DNA of 24,524 nt from Trichinella spiralis. Lineage: Eukaryota. A model generated the notes under the pieces. The model saw only the letters and a list, made by a program, of their open reading frames with translations. It had not been told where the DNA came from and did not search any database. The translations under genes were made by a program, and so were the position numbers. This document shows, in pieces, positions 1-9,536 of this stretch (positions within the stretch are counted from its first letter, which is position 1; each line of letters begins with the position of its first letter). Where the stretch lies: the NCBI RefSeq assembly GCF_000181795.1, contig NW_003526941.1, positions 4,155,637 to 4,180,160 of the forward strand. The letters are read 5' to 3'.

Positions 1-372
1 GTGGCCTGCTCGTTGATATTTCCCACAAAAACAGTTGTCACGGGAGGCTTTTCCATCAGTATCTCTTGCTAAAATCGTTAATAGTAAATACAAAATTCAA
101 AAAATGATAGGCTTATGCTCGGTACTCGTTTTGTCAGTGGAGCTGGTGAAGGTGTTTTCTGAACAACATTTCGAACGACACCACTGTTGGCAAGCGTTGG
201 CATTAAATAATGAGCAGTTGTTGGCAGAACTGAAGTAAATGCAAAAACAATAAAACTGAAAATACCGACGACATCATTAACTTAAAAACGTACCAACTGG
301 AACAGCATTATAAGTTGGAACAAATGTAGCCTGAGCAATAGAAGGCATCCCAAAACGAGGTGGAAACGCCAT
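1..372 (-). CDS. RBM25: RNA-binding protein 25-like (RRM splicing factor), 5' part only; exons 372-294, 229-126, 68-<1
   Basis: Manual splicing at GT-AG introns 293-230 (64 nt) and 125-69 (57 nt) gives MAFPPRFGMPSIAQATFVPTYNAVPVVLPTTAHYLMPTLANSGVVRNVVQKTPSPAPLTKRQEILMEKPPVTTVFVGNINEQA. This matches the RBM25 N-terminus as I recall it (MSFPP..., then PTTTVFVGNISEKA at RNP2 of the RRM). Not in the ORF track because of the introns. Confidence 0.85.
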
Positions 373-2247
373 TTCCTCATACAATTTCAGATATTACATC
401 TGGTTTACTGTACTTATTAGACTGTAAATACAACTTGCATTCCAAACAAAATTTTGTTAAATGAAAAATAGGTCGTAGCTGTTTAACTTCAATATTTTAT
501 TAGCAAAGTATTAATATTTAAATTTAAAATATATATTAGACATTATATTATTTTATATAATAATTTTATAAATTAAATTTGCTGCTAAACAAAATTGTTG
601 TGCACACTCTATAAATTTTTGCTCGTTTCGATTAAAAAATTTTTCAGTGTTTATTTCTTTTGAATTTAATTTTTGTTAGAACATCTCTAGAGCGTTGTAC
701 CAAGTAAATGTTCAGATATTGCTCTACCGTAATCTCTCAATTTGGATATTCAAAAGCATTTACGTAGCAATAAAAAGAAAGTTCAACTGAATTTCCGTTG
801 AATAGTTAAATTACGCAATATGCTTTAAAATATTTCCATCAATATTAATTTTGTGCTAGTTTTCATACAATGCATCCTGCTACAGTATGATTTTTACCTA
901 CATTACAAAATATGGTTTTTCGTGTAGCTTAATTTTTTGGTATTATTAAACTTAAATTATGATCTGCGTAAATAGCTGTTTCATATTTCATTTCAACGTA
1001 CGTTTTAATGATTACACATCAGTTCAAAGTCATTAGAAACAAACAATTTATATGTAATGTGACACACAGTATGACAATTTGATATCCAATTTAAAATGTT
1101 GACAATTCTGAAACGCTGCGACACGGAAATATCTTAAATTGTTTCAAATTGAAGATTATTTTGTTAAATATTTTTTCTGACACTCTTGTATATCACATTT
1201 AAAATAATTTATAACTTTAAGAATTTCATATATTACCATAAACTGTGAAATTCTTTTAAATTTACCAAGTGAATGACCTTAAAAAAATTTTTTTACATTA
1301 ATCTAAAAATTATATTTTGAAACAGACATTGGTTAAAGCTGATGATCAGTAATAATGTCAACAGTGTTTACGCACCTTTTAAGTAATGTTGACAATAAAC
1401 AATAAGCGAAGTGAACACTTGTTTTAACGCTCCGATTCCATTTGATGAACTAAAAATTTCATTCATTGTTGAATTAGTTATGCAGCCAAAACAATATTAC
1501 GCTTTTTTATTAATAAATCGAAAGTTACACCGTTTTATCTGTTTAATCAGTGTTAAAATTAAATTTTTGATTAATCAAGCATTAAGCAAGATACCTTTCT
1601 CTACTGTAGTTTATGTTAATTTTGAAACTTATATTGAAAAGCTTTTCACATTTAAAGCATTCTCTCACTTCAGAAAGAATCGTTAATATGTTACGGTACT
1701 ACAGAAAAACGCTAAGCAAAGAATTACGTAAGAAACTGATAACAGAGCAGTGATCATTAAATAGGTGTAACAAGAGAGCTTTGGTTTTCATTAATTGTAG
1801 CTCGGCATGTCGCAAATAAATATGTTTCATTTTCTTTCTAATACGGAATACTGCTAAGAATAAAATGAAATTTACTCAGAACTATTAAAAAATAAATTCG
1901 TTTAAATTTACATTTTAAATAAAATATATGAACAATATCAAAATGCCGTCAACTTTACAAAAATCAACATACCGTAAGTAAAACAAACAAAAATTGTTGA
2001 CAAGTTGGAGAGTATCAGTTTAGTTTTGCGAAATTATCACACCGATAAATGCATCATATTCACCTTTTTCAAAAAACAATCACATAATTTCTTGGAAATG
2101 TTTTGCAGATAATAATGATTGAATCGTATAACTTCTCAAAATTAACAACTATAAAAATATAATATTAAAAGGGGTAATATTACAATAACGTGAATCAGCA
2201 GAATAATAAAACAAAGCAGAAATTGAGAATTTAAAATATGAATTTAA

Positions 2248-2541
2248 CTAAAAATATTCGAGCTTATCAGAATGTTTTTTACCATGCTGTACGCCGTGCA
2301 ACTGAGTTTCATTCTGTAAATTTTTAAAAACTCGAAGATGAATAAAATCATCTTCATCTACCATAACTTTAAAAAAGTAATTGATGCCTGCCACAATTTG
2401 TGTACGAATGGACACTGGACGAAAATGCTTGAACTTTCTGTTCAATTGATTCTCCACGTCAGATCTCAAACCCAGTGCTATTGCCGTTTCTGCTTCTGTA
2501 GGTTCTCTTTCCTCTTTGACACCTCCGCATATGTTACTCAT
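2248..2541 (-). CDS. CSTB: Type 1 cystatin (stefin / cystatin-B-like) cysteine protease inhibitor, 97 aa, intronless CDS
   Basis: N-terminal CGG, central QIVAG (QxVxG) followed by INYFFKV, HLRVF, C-terminal DKLEYF, no signal peptide: a typical stefin layout. Confidence 0.93.
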   Translation of the reverse strand: MSNICGGVKEEREPTEAETAIALGLRSDVENQLNRKFKHFRPVSIRTQIVAGINYFFKVMVDEDDFIHLRVFKNLQNETQLHGVQHGKKHSDKLEYF

Positions 2542-2567
2542 TTTTATCTTCGTTTATGACACTGCAA

Positions 2568-2578
2568 CTGAAAAAAAA
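2568..2578 (-). promoter_or_regulatory. Strong 3' splice acceptor (TTTTTTTTCAG) 26 nt upstream of the stefin ATG; trans-splice site or 5'UTR intron acceptor
   Basis: Plus-strand ctgaaaaaaaa at 2568-2578 reads TTTTTTTTCAG on minus, matching the nematode TTTTCAG consensus. Confidence 0.5.
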
Positions 2579-5115
2579 GTTTTATAATTCAGCATTTATT
2601 AAATTTCAGCTTTAAAACAGACAAAGTAAATCAAATTCTTTTTTAATAATAATACTAATACTGGTAAAAATCCAATCTGCAATTATTGAACTCACGTAAT
2701 GCTGTACCGTACGTGGTGACAATAAAGTGTTTCAAAGAATTTACAGTATTTTTCAAATGATATTTTATTTTTAAATCTAGTGCTATTTTTTCCGATAAAA
2801 AAATAAAAAAAAATTAAATTTAAAAAAGATAGCAAAGCAGCAGCTGGATTTAAATTTATTATTCATGCTTATTTAGAATGGAAAAATATTTCACAGCTAA
2901 TTTCTACTAACAGTAAAAGGTCCTTGTAAATTTTTAGCTTCATTAATTAATTATTGCAAGTAAAAGAAAATTTATTAAGATAATCAGTGTTTTTAAGAGA
3001 TTTTATTGGTACAACATTTCGTGAGATTTATAAAATCTGTTCTGTAAAAATTAATCGTAATTTTTTAGAATATTTATCAAAAAAATACAAAAAATTACAA
3101 CTGCAAATGCAACTGCTGTTTATTATAGTTCTACTTTTTACATTTTAATCCAGAAAAAGGTGAAAAAATATAATATTAATGGCTGTATATACTTGACAAC
3201 TAACGGATGTTTTTTCAACGTGAAATGCAAGAAAATTTTGAATAATACTTTGTTTTTTTTACATTTCTTGAAGAAATGTTTATTTAGCAAGTTGGCATTA
3301 CGTTGCATGCCACAGGGTTGAAATTTCGTATTCGCTCCTGAATTTCATAGTATAACCATGAATTTTGAGTATAATTTATAACCCATGTCGACAAATAATA
3401 ACCAGATTATAATTTTTTGAAGCAAGTGAAATGCAAACTTCAAGTCATTGTGCCTTTTTGAGGTTAATTGTATCGATGAAGTGTTAAATAAAATGATAAA
3501 TGATAAAAGCATTGTGTAATTGACAGGAAACGTGACACATTGACAGTTGTTTACTAATTTCAATCAAGCAAAAATGAAGAATACAAGTAGAATAATAATA
3601 ACGGAAGAGTAAAAATTATTCAACCAAAAGAAATCACTGAATCATCAAAATAAAATGTTTATTATGTTTTTTTTTCACATTGAAAAAACATTTAGTTTAC
3701 ACGAATAATAAAAATGCAAATGATATTTGTAATACAAATTGATAAACGGCAAACAAGATTTCATAAAATCAAAACAAAAATAACTCCATCACTGCCTACT
3801 TGTCAAAATATCATCATATCAACTTGTTGACTAAAAATTTTCAACACAGCACAATTCAAAGACGTGAATTCTATTGACATTGAAGTAATAATTGTTGCTT
3901 AATGTACAAATTATAGCATTAATAATTGCATCTGATACGAAGATTTCTTCAACAAAAATGCATCATTGAAACAATCAATGTTCAGTAAATGAAAGAAATA
4001 TTGTAAAATGTAATAAAATGCAATTCATTTTTATTGTTGCGATATAATTTTAAAAATAAACAATACCATATTTGTTGGTTTATCTTTTGAAATTGGAATT
4101 TTTTAACACTGTAGATGTTATTCTAAACTTACATTGACAAGTTTGAAATATTGATGCAAATTTTGAAAGTTTTATTTATTTGTTTATTTCAAATGTAGAA
4201 ATGTTGCAACAAAAAGTAAAAGCATTGTTTATCTATTATGATAATGAAAGAGATAGGATGATAAAGTTGATGACGTTGGTGGTGGAATTTGAAAATTCAA
4301 CCAAGCAGGGTGGAATAAATTCATTTCTTTTTTTATACAACATATAAATAATATGGAACGATGGTGAAGCATGATTTTTAGGACGTCGTTGTGTTGTGTT
4401 TGTTGATAGTAAATTTCAGGAAAATGACGTATTACTGGGACAGGAATTGTTGATTCTGTGATAAACGGACAATTTGGCATGTCCATTTTACAATCTGGTC
4501 TCAAGCTTAGTTTTAAAGCCGGTTTCACAACATGTGGCCACATTTGCTTCACTTTGCATCCGTTTCACAGTACAGGAAATACAATATACAGGCTTCCTCA
4601 AATGTTATGATGTATATATTTTTTTTTTGTAATTTTAATCAAGTTATTTATTCTTTTTTTTAAATCAGTCATGGAAAAATATTTATTTAATATAATTATT
4701 TAATGATATTTTGGTATTATATGTGTATTTTCATTTTTCAGGGTTGCGTTTGTAAAGCAACTCAGCCTGAATTTAGAAGTTATACAATGCTTAGGTATGT
4801 TGAATTTTTGAGCAGTTCTTATCGAAAAATTTCTAGGCACTCCGGTAAACATCGGTTCACGATAATGAGATACGTGGGTGATGCAAAATCAGATGCTCGC
4901 TGTTGACTGCAACTTTTTTCCCCTTGAACTTTACAAGCCAGTCAGCTTGTCGCTGTAGCTTGTTTGACATCACGACAACGAGTCGATTATTTTCTACTGT
5001 TTGCTTGGGTTTTTTTATTTTAATTTTTTAACATTTACATTTATTTGATCAATAATACTTCACTCTGCGCATGTATATGCGTCAATTGTAAATTGTTTGC
5101 TGTACTGTAAAGTCT

Positions 5116-5469
5116 ATGATGGACTTATTCATCGACCTCACCGTCGTGTTTGTCTGCGTCGGCTTTTACATTTTCCTTTGCCTCTTCTGCATGTATCACA
5201 ATTCATCCCACTTCTTCTGCCCAACGTGGCTTGTGGAACGGGATTTGCAGCATTTGCCTAGTCGAACATTAGCCACCGACGATAGCAGAACTTGCAACGT
5301 CGAACAAATGCAATACGTCTCCTCTGTATGCTTGGATGTGCCACCGAATTATGAAGAAGCGGTGAAAATGCATCAAGAAGCACCACCTCCATCTTATTCC
5401 GAATTGCACATCAGTCGATCTACCAGTACGCCAATACTGGATACTTCACGATTTGCTAAGCGAAACTGA
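5116..5469 (+). CDS. Small single-pass membrane protein (117 aa) with two cytoplasmic PPxY motifs; candidate NEDD4/WW-domain adaptor
   Basis: GC-elevated ORF. N-terminal hydrophobic helix LTVVFVCVGFYIFLCLFCM, then PPNYEEA (PPNY at 5341-5352) and PPPSYSE (PPPSY at 5383-5397). AATAAA downstream at 5704-5709. Confidence 0.75.
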   Translation: MMDLFIDLTVVFVCVGFYIFLCLFCMYHNSSHFFCPTWLVERDLQHLPSRTLATDDSRTCNVEQMQYVSSVCLDVPPNYEEAVKMHQEAPPPSYSELHISRSTSTPILDTSRFAKRN

Positions 5470-5703
5470 GCTCATTGCTTGCTTGCTCTGTTCTGTTGTT
5501 ACTGGATTTTTTTTGTTGTTATTTTGTTTGTTTTCTGTTATCGTTTGAAAACAGATTCAACAGCTACTTTATTTGAATTTGAACTGCGATGGAATTGCGA
5601 TGAGATGCGAAAGAATCTTGCACAACGTGAAGAAACTGTTTGAAGTCGACTCAGAACTGAACTGTATGGCCAAACGTTGAACGCAAAGCTTTACAATTGA
5701 AAG

Positions 5704-5709
5704 AATAAA
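5704..5709 (+). terminator. Putative polyadenylation signal of the PPxY membrane-protein gene
   Basis: AATAAA ~235 nt after the stop codon, in a UTR-like stretch. Confidence 0.4.
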
Positions 5710-6886
5710 GCACAAACATATCGCTGCTGCTCAAGCTCTACTTGTGCCTAATTGACTCTGTATGCATTGATTGGCATAGCTCAACGAGTGACATGTTGTT
5801 TGACTTTTACACTTGTCAAAGTAAAAAATTGTTCCATGCGTTGGTATTTTCAATTTTTACTCCTTTTTCTTTATCCATCAATGCTTTTTCATACTGCATC
5901 AACTTTACAATTTTATGATAAATCTCTTTCATGTATCAAATATTATTCACATGAGCAAATTGCATAGCTACATGTATGTATGTATGCATGTGTAATGGAA
6001 ATATTTGCTTGTTGAACAATTACAAATTTCGTCAATGGCAGGCACACTTATCGCGAGCATGCAAAGTTCTTGACATTGACAAAAGCATATCGACGATATA
6101 AAATTTTAAAATTTACAAACATTGTTTTTTACAGGTTTATTTTCTTTCTATGTTAAACATTATTTATTTGTTTGAATAGCTAGTTATAAATTTGCACTAT
6201 TGTCTTTTCTTTGAAAATCAGTATAGATGACAATGATTCGTTTTCAGCATTTTCCTCAAATATTCTTTTCTGATGAATAACATTGAATTGCATCTTTTTT
6301 CCATAAAACTTCACATATTTTAGAAAAGTTAACAATTTAACGACATTTTCAGTGAAGATTGTTGAAAGAAAAATAAACGTCGATATCAAACATAAACTGA
6401 AACAACGTTGAACGGTTGATAAAACCATTTGTATTGATAAAAGCCAAACTGCTAAACAGAGACTGCAATTTATACTGCATATATTTTAATGAAACAAAAT
6501 GGCGCAATTTTAGAAAAAAAAATATGAAAATGCACTTTATAAGAGTGCAATATACAAAATTATTTCGGTATTAACTAAAACTTTTGCCACAAAATGTTTA
6601 AATTAGCTATCAGTCAACCTTCCTTTAAATGACTTTCCAAATGTACTGCTGATAATGATGATTAAAGCCTAAAAATACAAAATAGGTGTAAATTTTATAT
6701 AATCAAATTTCCGTTCTAAAATGTGTTCACCTAACAAGCAAATTTAATAACTGCCAAAAAATAATCTATCATGGAAAATTAAATTAAGCTATTAAAGTAA
6801 AATATTTCACAATTTATAAAAATTTTGAATTTTTTTGTAATTATTTTAAATATTAATAATAATGAAATAAGCTACACTTACAAATA

Positions 6887-6898
6887 CTTTCTTTTCTT
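6887..6898 (+). promoter_or_regulatory. Pyrimidine tract, candidate TCT/5'TOP initiator of RPL5
   Basis: CTTTCTTTTCTT ~85 nt upstream of the RPL5 ATG; CTTCCTTTTCCT at 17229-17240 in copy 2. Animal ribosomal-protein genes typically initiate in such tracts. Confidence 0.3.
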
Positions 6899-6973
6899 AA
6901 AACATTGGTACTTTATTATCAAACACGATTGCATACTGTATTTCATCCAACTGGTGTGTTGGATTATTTTCCG

Positions 6974-8506
6974 ATGGTATGTTTATAAGAAATTTATCAG
7001 ATGTAAATAATTGAAATGCGCTTTTTTTATTTAGGGATTTGTAAAAGTTGTTAAAAACAAGGCATATTTCAAACGTTATCAAGTGAAATTTCGACGACGA
7101 AGACGTAACGTTTCTGAAGTATTTTAACGTATTGCTTAAAATGATGTTTATTTAGAAGGAAAAACCGATTATCATGCTCGACGATATTTGGTAGTTCAAG
7201 ATAAAAATAAGTATAACACTCCAAAATATAGATTGATCGTCAGAATTACTAACAAGGATATTGTTGCACAGGTAAAACATCTCTAAACACCATAAAAATA
7301 CTTGAAATTTACGACGTAAAAATGTTTTTGTTAGATTGCGTACGCAAAAATTGGTGGAGATGTGGTTGTTACTGCAGCGTATTCTCATGAACTTCCGAAG
7401 TATGGCATTAAGCTGGGTTTGACGAACTATGCGGCTGCGTATTGTACCGGACTTTTGCTTGCTCGACGTGTGAGTAAAAATATTTTGTAATATTTTATGA
7501 ATAATGGAATATTTTGTTCACTTAATAATGGACTCTAAAATAATTATTTGTATAATTTTAGTTAGCTTTTATTATGTTGTCATACTGTATTTAGTGAGGT
7601 AATTTTTTTTTAGTAAGCTTTATAATGACTCCTAGCTTTTTTGCAATTACGTCTTTTTATTAGTTTTTCTAATTTGTTTACTAATTGTAGCATTTGAAAA
7701 AGTTGAAACTAGATAGAATATATAAAGGCGTTGATGACGTAACTGGTGAAGATTACAATGTAGAAAGCGAGGAGGGAAAACCCGGAGCATTCCGTTGTTT
7801 TCTTGATGTTGGCTTAGCTCGAACTACTACAGGGGCACGGATTTTTGGTATAATGAAAGGAGCTCTTGATGGTGGTTTAGATATTCCTCATTCGTATGTT
7901 TTTATTTGTATTTTAATATTTAATAAATGTATTTGTGAGCTGAAAGCGTTTTTAAGGGATCGTCGTTTTCCTGGTTATGATGCTAGCGAAAAGAAGTATA
8001 ATCCTGAAGTTCATAAGGAAAGAATTTATGGGCAGCATGTTGCGAATTACATGAAAGAACTGAAAGATGAGAATGAAGAAGCTTACCAACGTCAGTTTTC
8101 GGCCTACATTAAAGAAGGAATAACACCTGAACAGGTAATTACAGTATTATTTTTAATTGTTCTTCTACGAAATTGCTTTTTGTTGTGCTCTGTAGATTCC
8201 AGAAATGTACAAAAGCGCTCATGCTGCTATTCGAGCTAATCCAGAGCATGTTCCAAAAGCGAAAGAACCATCTGTGAAAATTAAGAAACGACGGTATTAT
8301 ATATTTTTGTACAAAAAATATTTATTTCAATAATTTTTTATGAGATAATGCTCTTCAATTTGTAAAGTTGATTTTATTAAAAGCGATTATTTTATAGGTG
8401 GAACAAAAGGAAGCTGACTGCGAAGCAGCGAAAAGCAAAAATTAAGCAGAGGAAGATAGCGTTTCAGCAGCAAGCTAAAGCTACAAAACAAAACATGGAG
8501 GAGTAA
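6974..8506 (+). CDS. RPL5: 60S ribosomal protein L5 (uL18), 303 aa; exons 6974-6976, 7035-7104, 7156-7271, 7335-7469, 7691-7893, 7957-8134, 8196-8293, 8398-8506
   Basis: Spliced translation [108 protein letters not shown]...[38 protein letters not shown]...[12 protein letters not shown]...WNKRKLT. All 7 introns are GT-AG and phase-consistent; 912 nt total. Confidence 0.98.
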
Positions 8507-8542
8507 TTTATGCTTTAGATAAAGTAGAATGGAAAAATACTG

Positions 8543-8610
8543 AATAAAAATCATGGGTGATTTTGATTGTCTTTTGGTGAAAATTAATTGATGTACAGCC
8601 ATTGAATAAA
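8543..8610 (+). terminator. RPL5 polyadenylation signal candidates (AATAAA at 8543-8548 and 8605-8610)
   Basis: Two AATAAA hexamers within ~105 nt of the stop codon; both retained in copy 2. Confidence 0.5.
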
Positions 8611-8885
8611 GGTTCTTATGTAAAATTTCAATAATGTAATAAGTACGTTTACAGATGATTTGCTTTTGTTAAACTATTATAGAATTCATTGTTCAACACA
8701 TTTCGAAAGTAATCATTTTTTAACGTAAGCATAATAATCTGACAAAAGCAAAATGCGTCGAATTTTGATCGTGTCAGTGTCAAAAAAGCAATAATTTAAA
8801 CGAATTTTCGGTATATGAAATAAAAATTGTTTAATAGTTAATTTTAAGAATAATAATTAACTATAATGTTTTAAATACAAAATAA

Positions 8886-8955
8886 TTTTCGCGTGGGCAA
8901 AGGGCGCATGGTATACGTTTGAGCAATTCATAAGTATGAAGCCCTTTCTGATTGG
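8886..8955 (+). promoter_or_regulatory. Promoter-like GC-richer island: TTTTCGCG (E2F-like) and CTGATTGG (inverted CCAAT box); duplicated at 19223-19292
   Basis: Motifs sit in a GC-richer patch ~380 nt downstream of the RPL5 stop, just before the decayed exon series. Confidence 0.3.
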
Positions 8956-9536
8956 TCGACTTTTGACATTCATATCAGTTAAATATTATCAAATTTTGAA
9001 AAGTTGAATAATTCAGGTAACAAAAGTAAATCAAAATGCTTATAAAAGTAATAAAAATAAATGTGCAATGCAATAAAATGATAAAGAAAGTTGCCAAAAA
9101 TGAGTTCTACGAAATGACAAATACGTCAGGAGGGAACTTCAAACATTAAAAGCGGTTTGAGAGTGAAGCTCAGTTCAGTTAGAAAAGGAACAGTGAAAGA
9201 TTCCGTACTGGCACAATGAGCTAATGAAAAACACATTGTTATATTCATGTTTTCAGACCCGTGTCTTTCTGATTAAATTGATGTTCTATTCATAATTTAA
9301 TATGAGTTAATTTATTTCATTTTTCGGTAATGCTAATAAAATAACCATACAAGTCTTCTTTAACATTTATTGCGCAATTGCATTAGATGCTTTTATCTTC
9401 TCAAAACAGAATCAAATGCACAGATAGAAAACAAGCAGCTAAAATATTGAAAACAGAAAAATTACTTTGAGATTAAGTTACAGTATATCGTAAAATAAAA
9501 ACATTTAATTATTTTTAATAAATAAAAATACCGTAG

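Noticed and set aside
35..238. Plus-strand 67-aa ORF
   Set aside because: Antisense shadow of the RBM25-like exons.
2338..2559. Plus-strand 73-aa ORF
   Set aside because: Antisense to the stefin CDS.
4229..4552. 107-aa minus-strand ORF in a slightly GC-richer patch
   Set aside because: GTG start, no recognisable motif and no convincing splice context. Cannot be supported without homology or expression data, though not excluded.
5971..5992. Short (ATGT)n microsatellite
   Set aside because: Only about four imperfect units; ordinary.
7152..7388. Minus-strand 78-aa ORF (also 17496-17732)
   Set aside because: Antisense to RPL5 exons 3-4; its duplication simply reflects the segmental duplication.
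7470..8397. Intronic snoRNA in the longer RPL5 introns 4 and 7 (vertebrate RPL5 hosts snoRNAs)
   Set aside because: No RTGATGA/CTGA pair in either intron, and no suitably placed ACA box or two-hairpin layout.
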